Below, in pieces: positions 28,201 through 40,100 of a DNA stretch of 64,000 nt. This DNA comes from Amphiscolops sp. MND2022 (Eukaryota). Both the position numbers and the translations under genes were made by a program. The notes below the pieces were generated by a model. The model worked only from the letters and a program-made list of their open reading frames with translations, did not search any database and was not told where the DNA came from. The stretch spans positions 83,268,001 to 83,332,000 of the forward strand of contig OZ076409.1 of the NCBI GenBank assembly GCA_964187785.1, given 5' to 3'. Numbering within the stretch: the stretch's first letter is position 1; the number at the start of each line of letters is the position of its first letter.

Positions 28201-31200
28201 GCAACTCGAGTCGTTTGTGCTGGAATTTTGGACATAAAAGTAGAAGTTAATTTTTTTTGGGATGCACAGGGTATATGAACAATTAATCCAGAAATACTAC
28301 AAAAACATCCAAAACGGACCCAAAAGGAGCCCAATTGCTTGTCAAGAATGCGTCCTGACATTTTCACAGGAAATCTGCTGTAAATCGCACCCCTGTTACT
28401 TGCCTTGATATGAATATGAACTAGAGATTCACCAGACCCTAAAATTTCGGTCCAGCTGGACTACCAGAAAGGACTGATTTAAGCCGGATACCGGCCGGAC
28501 AGGACAGTCTGTTAATGATACCGGATTGAACAGTGTTCCGAAATCCGGCCGGATACCGAACCGGGCTGTTGTCCGGCATACCCCTAATATGAACTTCAAT
28601 TCTGTGAGTAGTTTTCGAAGTACTAACGAGTTTCCTTTCTTTCTTTCTTTCTTTTTTTCAGGAGTAAACTATGACAGGTAGTCTAATTGAAGGCGTTCTG
28701 TTGAATATCATATTTACCAATTATTGATGCTTATTTGGAAATCAGCAGAAGATTGATCCCCGTTGCCCTGCGGTCCAGGTACTCGAGTTACAAGAGTGAG
28801 AAACTGTCCAGAAGACATGAACTGGCTTGGGTTTGGGAAATCTGTGCCACAGAAACTGTACATGAGAGGGTACAATTCTGAAGGACCGTCATATACTTGC
28901 ATTCTTGCTGAGTAGGTGGCACAATCGACATTCACTAAAAAGATCTGTTTTTTTGCTTCAGTGTAACATTTTCTCGCAATATGGGAATTGAAAACTTGTG
29001 AATGTGCAAAATGTCCATAATCAGAAAACGTCACAACCAAGGTTTGATAAATATTTCTATATATGAATCCTGGGAAAATCGATTTTATAAGTTAAAAGAA
29101 TTTTGACTGGCATTCATTTTTGTCTAATTGTGAAACGTTTCGATGAACTTACAGTCTTCCCAATCTTCCTTCCACATGGTGCGAGCACTCAACTCAAACC
29201 AGGAAGCTCTGAAGCGAATAAAGACTCTGTATCCCTCCCTTGCTTCAATCACTGATGTCATCTTGGCCCTCTGGTTCAAATAATTCTCGTCGAAAGCCGA
29301 AGGGTGCGAGTAATACATGACAGCATCATTGTTCAAGACGATCTGTATCAGCATTGTTCAATAAGGTTACCCTCGAAAATTCAATCATTGCAACAGTTTT
29401 GTACGGAAAAAATAAAAATAAAATTTTTGAAAACACTTACGATCAAAAACATTAACAGCTCTTGGTCCATTTTTCGGAAATCCCCCAACACATATGACAC
29501 TTCCGGCATGTGTTTTTTTGTTTTAAAAATCATTCAACCATTTGACGAGTTCGGAACTTGATTTCAATGACCACAGCCAACTAGAAAACTACTAAACGTA
29601 TATAGTCAATTTGGTAAGCTCCGCCGATTTCGGAGTTTGCCTTCAGCCTCAAATTTTTGCGATTGTTTGTTTCTAACTAGTAGCAGGAAATAGTCGCAGC
29701 CTCTGGTTGGAAACTATCCGGATTGACTATATTACAAGTATCGTGGCAATTCTGGAAAAAAAATGTGACAAGTTCTCCGAAGTATAGCTAGAGAACAAAA
29801 TATCATGAGACACTATTATCTTATTCTATTTAATAATTAGTCTAAAGTGCCTGCTACTGTTTTATTATGCTTAATATGTGAACTTTACTCAGTAGCAATT
29901 GATGGGATACAAAATACAGTTTTGCTTAACACTAAATTCTTGTACTCTAAAGTTACAACCTGGCGCAGTCAGTCTCAGTTTAGCTGACAATTACTTCAGA
30001 GCCAACAGACGGTTATCTATGTAAAAATTCACCAAAGAGTGGACTACACCAACAACACCTTTCCACAGACGGGGGGACAGCCTAATCGGACAACCGATCA
30101 ATCTACAAGCAGCCGGTTGATACCCAATGAGACAACATTGAGAGCGGGGGGACCAGACATGCACCCAAAAATTATCCATTCCCAGCTCAGAAAAACACGA
30201 CAGCTCCAGTGCGAACCTGTGGTGGCGGATATTTGTCCAATACATCAAGATGACAAAAGACATCGACTTGTCAAATATGACAAACTCGAAAGAAGTCCTG
30301 CCACAATACTGCGACCAACTGGAACTGGAGATCAAAGATACATTCTTATGGGCAATCGGACAAAATGCACTTACAGAAATGACGAAAACGGTGAGAGAGG
30401 GGAACCCAGCGCTCTACTGATAAATAAACAATAAACTTTGTTCCGACTACAATTCACACCAGAAAAGAACCTACAGCACAGTCGAGATGATTTCTTCAAT
30501 TTGAGGAGAGAGACAAACGAAACAGCCGCGGATGTATGGAAAAGAAGTTTAGAAATCGAAAAAACTGAGAATTCGAAACTATAACAGCAGCTGAACTTCT
30601 AGCCTCGAATTGTTGATCACTCCAAGAATAATCCACAGGGGATTACGAACTGAAAAAAAAATCGAAAAAGTGACATGTCAGTTGAATCAATCACGGAAAC
30701 AGTACTTGAGTACACGTATAGAAAACTAAACGAATCTCCTGAAACCGAAGAAGAAAAGAAAATCTGACACGTGGGAACAAATTATAATACAATAAAGAAC
30801 AAACCGAACGATACCAAGAAACAAAACGTGGAGCACCCAACTGGTCCAAACAGCAAGAGGGAAGAAATGCTTTAAGTATGGTAAACTGGGACTCTAATCC
30901 ACATAATAGACGAAGAAACATATAGTGCAGACGAGAACGACTTGACACCGGACAGAATACTCTCAATTCAAGAGAAATTTAATTCAATGGGAACTAGAAA
31001 CGAGAACGAGCCAATGTTTTTTCCAAAAACCTGGTCAATAACGGACGAATTAAATTCATTGTTGATACAGGCTCACCAGTAACATTATTACCGAAGACAA
31101 AATTCAACCATCTAACAACAATTAAACAAGTAACGGAAGATTATCGAGAAGTAAACTATAATGAAACAAAACTCGAAGGTAAAACGGCAGCAAACATTGA

Positions 31201-34200
31201 AGTAGACGGAGCTACTATTAACAATCAAGCAACCACACCCGCTATTCGGACTGGACTAGATGGGAAGGCTGGGCATCACGCTAAAAAGTGGAAATCACAA
31301 CCAAGCAGTAAGTCGCGAAAACGAACCGGACCAAACCAGTGGCGGCCCAGATCGAAAAAAAGAAGCACTGAAAGTAGGTTTTTCCAGAAACTTTTCACAA
31401 AAAATCACATGTTAAAAAACGTAGAAACGGACATCCAACTGAAAGAAAGGGCCAGATTGAAACAACGAAAACGTACGCCTATACCATTTCACTTACAACC
31501 AGCAGTCGAAAAAGAAATAGAAAAACTAAAAACAAAAGATTCATTGGAAAAGCTAAAATTTTTGATAAAACCTGCTTCGTGAGCCTCTCGGTAATAACAA
31601 TAAAAAAGGACAAATCAGTGAAAATTGCGCTGGGCTCAAGAAAATTCAATGAAATGACGGGAAAAAAAGAAAGCGCAAATGCTGAGTTTGGAAGAACTGA
31701 TACTGGTAATTTCCAGAAAATGGCGGTTGGAGCGGAGGCTGAAATTTGGATTTCCAAATTCGATCTACACTACGCATACAGTCACTGACAACTCTCGAGA
31801 AGAGCATTGTACCTCTGCATTTTCGCAAACGCCCCAGGAAATTTCAAAGGTCACTACCGACTATAAAAAGACTTTTGCAGTCTAGCGAACATTTCAACGA
31901 CATTTCAGGAAAAAAATCAACCAAACAGCGGAGGATAAACACCCAGCATGGCTGCACGACATCGTAGTAGTAACAAAAAGTTCTAGGCAAAAACATATGG
32001 ACGAACTGACAGCATACTATCAAAATTGGAAAACGCCGACTAAAGACTGGGTGAAAGCAAAGGAAATCCGAACTTTCGAAATCCAAAATAAAATGGATCG
32101 GCCACGAAGTAGATCAGAACGGAATCCCACCGTTACAAGACAAACTACTCGCAATCAAAGAACTAAAAAAGCCAAAAAAAAAACGAAAAGGAAATAAAAA
32201 TCAATTTTAGGCGTGATCCAATAAATGTCTAAATACTATAAAAAAACCCTTTCAGCTCAACTGGATATCTTGACACAATTACCCGAATATGACACTGAAT
32301 GGAAATGGACCCCAAGAACACACGAAAGCATTCCAAATTAAAAACAAAAAGTCACCAACATGTAGACGAAGAATAAGTCATCAACAGCATCATACAGCCT
32401 TCCAAGTTCATGACCAAATGCGGTTGCCTCAGTAACCTTTGGACCAGTCACAAAGCGCGAAAATACTAAACGAACCAAAGCACTTGAACGGACCGCCAAT
32501 ATCTGACTCAATCAATTGACAAAAACTTGCGTGAGTCTAGTATCAGCACGAAATAGGTTGAATACGCGAACCATTGACAATTTGGAAACCGCAGACCCTT
32601 CGGCGGAAACAAGAAATTTGACTTACTGTTGGAGGTATATTGGTAAAGGAACATGTGGAGACAATTCTCAGCTTAAGGAAAAAATACCACGAGACGAAAT
32701 TCCTCCGGAACGAAAGAAGAATCATAGAAAGACAATATCAATTAGCCCTTCAAAACATCGAAAAAAGACGAAGAGGACAGCCTCAAAGCTTCCAACTGCA
32801 GGAAAGGCGGAACGAACAATGGACGGTGGACCTATTCCGGGAAGTAGACTGTCCGCAACACCAGCAGCCACAAAAAGAAGACGAACCCGGATTTCTCACA
32901 ACAATTGTATCCAAAGTATTTTCCGATGGAAGAAGGAGAGGTCGGGTCAGAAACCGACCGAAACCCGTCAAATTTGGAAGTCCCGGCAGTTAACTGGGCA
33001 AATTACGTGGGCGTCAATGAGTACAGTATATAAAGATGGGCCACGCACCAAAAATGCAAAAATGAACGCTGAAGAGCCTAATGATTAGGACCTGGGAAAT
33101 GCCGTAAGAGAGACGGAAAAGAACTTCTCGACTGATCTACAGTTACTCATGACTGAGACAACGAACGACCCAATCTTCTTCGAAACCCATGTTTGCCTTG
33201 AACGCCAACAACACGAAAAAACCGGAAGAATTACAACTATACAAAAAGAAACTTTTGACTAGATACGGGCTGGTATTCTATGAGGACCGCATCATAACCC
33301 CAAAGATCTTGGGAACAACCGTCATCAGCCTCTTTCATAAAGGACACCCAGCCATAAACAAAATGTCAGTCGCAGCCAGACATTATGCAGGCCAAGGATC
33401 ACCCAAGCCATCCAAAAGAAGCGTGACGGCTGCGTCCCATGCAAAAGGTCCGGTAACAATAGCAAACCTAATAAACCTGGTACGGAAAAAAACTAGCTAC
33501 CATTGCTAAATAAACCGAACAATAAATCCAATTGGATTTCATCGATCCAATTACCAAAAAGAACCATAGATTTTAAATATTACTTCAATGGACCGATTCA
33601 GCAAATGGCCGTCGGTTAGCTTTTGTAAAATGACCGACGGCAAAACGTGGTTAGATTCCTGGAACAAAACTCAAACTTACATGGCGTTCCAAAGACAAAT
33701 AGAACGAAAAAAATACCGCATTTACAGACCGAACGTTTAAGGAATGTTGCAAAAATCACCAAAATAACGGTCATATACGGGACACCTCATATACATACCC
33801 CCACGGGACTGGTCGGTCGGGGCATGAGAACGCTGAAGTAAATATTACTGACCAATATAATAGCAGGCAAAAATTTTGGTAGAGCGTTAGACTGTTCACT
33901 TGACGTATTGTGGAAAACGCCCCACACACGGTTAAAGAAGTCCGCATTTGAACTGCATTAGTCTCGAACTGAATACTGAGAATAGTAACCTATTAAACCT
34001 TGACGCGTTGAAAGATATAACAAAAGATTGTATTTCAGCAAAAACAGACACTTCACAGGCGTGCTCTTTCAACGGAGCTGTCGGTGTCTCTGACCAGCTA
34101 CCGATGAAACAAAAGAAGGGATCCAAAGGAATTAGTAACGTTCCGTTTTTTCCACGAAAAAAATTACAAAACCAAAATGCTACAGTGCATATTCCGTTGA

Positions 34201-36113
34201 AATTCAAGTCGCTGTAACGGGATCAAATCATACCGTAGCAACGGCGGACAATAGAACCTTACATAGTAAGCACATAAGCAAACCAATTTCTGAACTTACA
34301 CAGGAACCCAACAACAGAAGACCAGGGCTGCGAGGACCGGATGGACGTTTCATCAAGTCTCCAAGGATAACCAATATCCAAGACTCGAAAATCGACCTAG
34401 GAGATGCATCATTGGCAACCCCAACCGTCAGCACATCAAACAATGGCAAACAGCAACTACTCCACAAAGAAGTGGAAAAGTGAGAAGAGGCGTCCGAAAC
34501 TGATCCGCAATCGCCAAAATTCGGACCCACACGGTGGGTCACCACCAGAAGTGGACTAACAGCGAAAGAACACAGGACCGCTGACCATAGTAGCGGAAAA
34601 TGTGATAGATGCGGAAGTAGACCGCATCATTCAAGATGCTAGAAGGGCAAATACCTAATTGCACATCGGAGACAACAACGGTAAAATAGCTCAAAATAAC
34701 TACACAATCCCAAACAGAGGGGTAGAATACAATGTAGAACTAGTCAACGAAACCTCAGAATTAGAACTGTTAAGTAATCTCAGCTCAAGCACTGAAAAAA
34801 ACAAGATACAAAAGAACACAATCTACGTAGTAGATCAAAACGGTTAACGAAAACTAATTTGATTGTTAGGCTAAATTATCCACATGATTACAGGAAATAC
34901 AGTCAAGGGATTGAGCGACCGGGAAATTACACCGAACATCGAAGACATCACAGACTACAAATAGAACAGCTTGACAAATGGGCCTGTCCGGAAGGATCAA
35001 TCGATAACCGGACCACAAACTTGGATACAGCACGGAACACCGCAGTGAAACATCACAGATCTGGCCGGACAAACGCCTCCAAAGAAAGTTACCTTCCCCC
35101 ATTTGCCAACTCTTGTCTAATCTTAGATCATGGGTAATGAGGTATACCTAGAGAACAAACTATCATGAGACACTATTATCTTATTCTATTCACTAGTTAG
35201 TCTCAAATACCTGCTACAATTTTATTTTGCTAACGATGTAAAGTTTACTCAGTAGCAATAATTGAGATACAAATTAGTTTTGCTTAACACTAAATTCTTG
35301 TACTCTAAAGTCACAACATTCTCACTTTGTTTTGTCAAGAATAAAAAATATCCGAAGAATGCAACGAATGCCCAAGGTCGAACTGTGATTTCATTCAAGT
35401 GATTCTGATCCATGTACTCATTGCAGTTATTCTGGAGATCATTTTGGCATTTTTTAGATCTTACTGCCGTTGGTGTGGTGGATATTCCAATGTTTAGATC
35501 TTACTCCCTTTATTCCATGTACTCTTTGCAGTGATCTTAGACTTTGAAAATAAATTCCAATTTTGTATTCGTAACTTTTTCTTTTTCATTTTTTTCTTAT
35601 ATTCTGCAGCATGGGTACCATGACAACATGGGTACCATCTTTGTTTTTATTCGGCGCTTTATTCTACGAAACGTGAGCGATTATTGCATTGACTAAATTT
35701 TCTCCTCCCGCCACAGAACTTCCACTGAATGGTCCACTTTTGCACAGACTTTTAGTGAATTTGGCGTATTTCTTCGGTTTTTTGAGCATTTTAGCCTTTT
35801 TATAAGCAAACAAGAAATTAGTCTTGAATTTTTCACCATTCAGAGAAACTTGTTAAAAGAACGATGCAAAGCTTACTGACATTGTCAGCTCATTCCTCCC
35901 AGGGTCAACGAAGATTTCAAAACACTAGCAGAGAGTTTTAAAAAAGTTGGAACTTTTGAAGTTGTAATATAATATGTTAATTGCCGCCCATGGCCTAACC
36001 TTATCGCTGGTTTTCGTCAACATGAATCGTTTGAAGACTGTCATGAGGGGAATAACGGCCTGAACAACCCCAATAAAATTTAGAAGAGTTAAGATCAATA
36101 TCCACGTTTTCAT
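22227..36113 (-). CDS. LDLRAD2-like single-pass membrane protein (signal peptide-CUB-LDLa-TM-cytoplasmic tail), paralog A, 8 exons, 437 aa
   Basis: Manual GT-AG model: 36113-36000, 29342-29153, 28934-28718, 27127-27064, 26675-26522, 23492-23324, 22782-22568, 22417-22227. All phases are compatible; 1314 nt including stop. Signal MKTWILILTLLNFIGVVQA; CUB (MQVYDGP...FCG...SSGQFLTL); LDLa (CTRDDMRCDDLSCIPKRLLCDQ...CPDGTDQ); TM WFWKITFVYLGIVGSFASW; PPAY motif. Linkage of exon 1 is the least certain part. Confidence 0.82.
24274..25430 (-). mobile_element. Gypsy solo-LTR-like remnant with degenerate gag N-terminus (outer boundary approximate)
   Basis: ORF 24500-24766 (LTGEMNLRISQKLNRLINGVNSQIESAISTAISERILP) parallels ISEEISYQMNRKIDELKRNLDTQITESNNSAIHDSILP of ORF 52688; minus strand ends ...GACA at 24274. 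Confidence 0.6.
27235..28140. mobile_element. MITE with CCC...GGG termini, AA flanks, subterminal CCATCGATGG arrays and an internal ~180-bp tandem duplication
   Basis: CCCGTACTAAGA at 27235 and TCTCAGTACGGG ending at 28140; AA on both sides; multiple CCATCGATGG near each end; ~27560-27740 repeated at ~27740-27910. Confidence 0.78.
28422..28586. mobile_element. Small hAT-like MITE with 8-bp target-site duplication
   Basis: ATATGAAC at 28414-28421 and 28587-28594; ends TAGAGA.../...CCCCTA; internal CCGGATACCG repeats. Confidence 0.72.
29678..35318 (+). mobile_element. Old, degenerate Ty3/Gypsy LTR retrotransposon inside intron 1 of gene A
   Basis: Shared LTR segment ~29789-29959 and ~35149-35318 (TAGAGAACAAA...CTCTAAAGTYACAAC); PBS-like TGGCGCAGTC at 29961; protease IKFIVDTGSPVTLLP (~31050); RT remnants ISKFDLHYAYS and AWLHDIVVV; integrase remnants HKGHPAINKM and TPHIHTPTGLVGR; many stops and frameshifts. 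Confidence 0.88.
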
Positions 36114-36474
36114 ACTGAGGATGCTAAATTCGTGAAACTTTCATCATAATTTTAGCAATCTCATCAAAATTGTTGCTTTTATACGCACATGAAATTGCCA
36201 TGAAAATATTTTGGCAAACGTGGGGTTAAAGTCAACACGTTTTTGGCATTCCGAGATTGATTGAAATGTTTCTGTTGGAAAAAGCGTCTCAGTGATTCCA
36301 AGTCAAATATTAGTTTAAGGTGCAAAGAAATTGGTTGTAGAATTTTCATTACTTCAAAGAAGGAATTGTGAGAGCCAAGAGATAGATTTGTACTTGATTG
36401 GGATGTTGAAATTACTCTTGTAGAATGAAACTGTTTTACCATGTTATTCAATTCCATAAACTGGTGAATCGAAT

Positions 36475-36604
36475 TTATTTTTGAAAGAAAAATTATAGAA
36501 AATGGAGTGAAAACTTCCATTGTTTCATTGAAGTAAAGCGCTTTACTTCGATGAAATAATGGAAGTTTTCACTCCATTTTCTATAATTTTTCTTTCAAAA
36601 ATAA
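36475..36604. repeat. 130-bp near-perfect palindrome, no spacer
   Basis: Centre AAAGC|GCTTT between 36539 and 36540; two mismatches, both G-T type on the + strand. Confidence 0.95.
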
Positions 36605-36678
36605 CCAAAGTTTTTGAAATTGGAGAATAGCTTGATGCGCATCAAGCTATTCTCCAATTTCAAAAACTTTGGTTATTT
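36599..36678. repeat. 80-bp perfect palindrome, no spacer
   Basis: AAATAACC...TTGATGC|GCATCAA...GGTTATTT, centre between 36638 and 36639. Confidence 0.95.
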
Positions 36679-37128
36679 ACTAGTTTACAGTTTTTGAGCG
36701 AATTATACCAAGACTAAAACACACGCCTCCTCGAGAGTGCTTTTCTGAGGAAGCTTCATGAAATTTTGATGAGCATAAGTCTGTACTGCCACAAACGCTT
36801 ATCATAAATGCAAAATTGAACAGAAAAACACATTTGTCGAAAGTTTGAACTGAGCTGAGAACTTGAACTTGAAAAAGACTATTTAGGATGTCTTCTCAGT
36901 CATTTTCAAAACATAGTTGTGATTTAAAGATACAAGAAATTTATCAATCGACGTTAGTAAACATATAACCTTTCAGTTCAGAACATAGAGTTCTTTGCCT
37001 TGAAAAAAAGTTAGTCCAGAAAATCAAAATTTGCTAATATTTCATGTTTCCAGTTTGGCTGGCATATATAGTGTTTGGTACGTTTGATGTTCTTTTGTCA
37101 AGGCAGTTTTTCAGTTGTTTATTAACCA

Positions 37129-40100
37129 TCAGAAACGGTTCTCTCGAACGTGCATGTTGAAATCCTCGAAAAGACAGACATTTGGGGGGATGGGGTTGAC
37201 CTTGCGTTTGGTGACTGTCTGGGTCTTAGTTGAGGGTCCATCTTTGTCCGTGTTTGTGATCTCTTCTATCTCCAGACAGATTCCACTTTGCTGACCAGGC
37301 GTATGAGTGGTCGTTGTCGTCTCAATTTCTAAAACAAGAGGCACAGTGGCACTATGATAATTTTCGTATATTCTGCCTTTGGAAAAAATTCAGGAACCAC
37401 CCAACATTGATTATATGAGAAAAAAGTATCTGAAGATTTTAAACTTAATTCGCCTCTACTGATCAAAAAATTATTTCAAGTGGTTATGTAAAATTCTAAA
37501 ATAGAGTTCCAAATAGAGAAAAATAAAAAAGTAATTCCCTTGCCTTCATCTTGACAACATCCAAAAAATTCTCGGATAAAGTTGAAAAGGCGGGTGTAGG
37601 ACACTTTTATTGCCATAGTTGTATATATTATTTCAGAAAACAGTAATATAAATCTTCAAACCGAAAAACATGTAAAAGTTCGACATTTGTTGCACATAAG
37701 TCTTGAAAGTTAGGAAATAGAAAACGAAGTAAGTTTTGACCTTAAAGGACGAACATAAGTGTTTCGGTTCAAAAAATGTTGACATCTAAAATTGTTCCGA
37801 GGGTTGTTTCCGCCGAAAAGGCTATGTTGTCAGAACTTTGTCAGCAACAATCCATCACTACAAGATACTAAAGAGGCTCGTTCGAAGACTACAAATGAGA
37901 AAGCATCCAAAAAATTTTTTACTAGACTTTACAAAACAAAAACGCTGCACAAAACCACGTTTTTTGACAAGCATTCAGAGTTGTTTCGATCTAAACAAAA
38001 ACGGAAAACGCAAATGTATAGTGAAGTTTGATGCCCGAAAAACGAACACTCCTTTTTTATTGTGAGATTCGGAAATAGGAAAAATCCTCGAATTGTTGAT
38101 GTTTTTTGCAACTTCCAGAAGACGCTAAAAGAGATTCGAACGACGAAAAAAGTGAAAATCCAATTGTTTCATTACAAGTTTCAATATCAATGCTGAGTGA
38201 ATGAAATCTTTCAGAACTTTCAAATAACGATCGTTCAGGGAGTATTTATCATCTGTTTTGAAGCCAGCATGAAATTTTGTCAAATTTCGTCGACGTTTTG
38301 AACCGAATAGCCATTTTTTGTGCTCGTAAAATAGCTTTCCCCGTGAAACATCAGCTGTCGAGAACAAGGTTTTTTTAAACTAAAAACGGATAGTGACTAC
38401 AACAGTTGCATTCTAAACTATTGCAACTCCATTGCTTAAAATTGCGAATTTCAAATCAAAACATCTCACAAACCGTCACAAATATTGCCTGCAACAAAAG
38501 TTTTCCTATTGTTTTTATCAAGTTCACAAGACTGTTGGTTTAAAACTCTTACGTAAAACTTTCAAGAATAACAATTTCCAGCTAGAAAAATTTCTTAGAA
38601 TTGTATTTTCAAATACTTTTTTAATTCTTCCGCAACGAAAAACACATGAACTAGAAATTGTATATTTTGACAGAATTTCTTTATCAGATTCGCATTTTTT
38701 CTTGATTTTCACAAAATTGAAAAAAAAACTATATTGAAAAACTTTCAGTGAACCATTTGCCCCCAAATCTCCTATGGATGCTGATGTGAGTTGAATGAAA
38801 TTTTTTTCGCTTTCGAAAAAATCATCAAATATTTGGTTGTAATTATTACATCATATTTTCATACCTGTTTTGCAGTGCTTGTAGACACAAATATAATGCA
38901 CATTTTTTATTGAAAAAAAATTCGATCAGGACTATTAAGCAGGACCGCAAAATCCTAACGTACCTAACCTACCACCGAAGTACTTCAATTTCCTAAAAAA
39001 AACACGAATTCAAGCCTGTCGAATAACGCAAAGAACTCATTTGTAAGTTCCCAAAATTTTCCAACTTTCTCATTATGGGTCTGAGAAATTTCAAACAAAC
39101 ATTCACGTAAACTAGATAAATCTCTAGAAAACCTTTGTGACACCCAATTTTATGTTTTTGCGACAGTCTGCGAGGTATTTGGTTTTGAAAATTATCATTT
39201 TGAGTAATGGCGATATTTTAGAACGCCAGCATTATTACGACTCTCCGTTTACGAGTTCAGTTAGCGTTGTAACCTGCATTGACCTGACTTATAACTCATA
39301 CAGCCTATGGAAACTAGTTGCCAACATTAAAAACTAATGGTCTGGTGTAAAAACCTAGGTACATCTCGTCTTTTATCTGGAGTTCTTTTCTGTTAGAATG
39401 ATATTGGACCCATCGGGAATATCCTTCGGGCTAACCATCGAATCTATCTCTTGGGACAACCATAAGTTCATCTCGCTAAAAATATTTCCTTTGACTTTAA
39501 TAACTCCATCAGGCCTAGGAGTTAGGAGTGTTGTTTTCATTTACTTTTTTAAAATTCGTTTTCAAAAGTTGAATTCTCACTGCGTATCGGTCCATTATAC
39601 TTCCTAAGTATTTCTCGATTGAGTTAAAATTGTTTTCTCCGGAAACTATATTCATCTTCTCGTAGTCTGACAAGATGTTCATTTCTCTTGAGAGTCTTGC
39701 CTTGACCATTTGTCTCCTTGCCGTCCGTCGAAAGAAGTGAAAAACGTTTGTCAGCACAAAAGTTCATTTCCTGTTTTTTTTCGAAATTTAACTCTCAGAT
39801 GAGTTTAAATGATTTGGTGAAAAATCAAAAGAACACAACTGCAAATTTACAGGTATAAGTAAATGAACCCGTAAGTTTCTCTCGTTTTTTTTTACCCTAT
39901 GTGGGATGACGTTTAAGATTTATTAGGTCACTACTTTAAATATAGCTCCTGTAACTATTGAAAGCAGTATTGCGTTATTATGATTCTAAAATTAGCTACA
40001 ACGGGACTTCATGATCGTTTCTTTATGCAAGTACAAACGGGTAATATTAATTTATATCAACACATTCATGCAGAGTAACGTCAATTGTATATGCATTTCA

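Noticed and set aside
29040..29075. Extra micro-exon at the conserved CCCAG|GATTCAT in the receptor genes
   Set aside because: Splicing from the phase-1 donor would create T|GA, a stop; the frame joins correctly without it.
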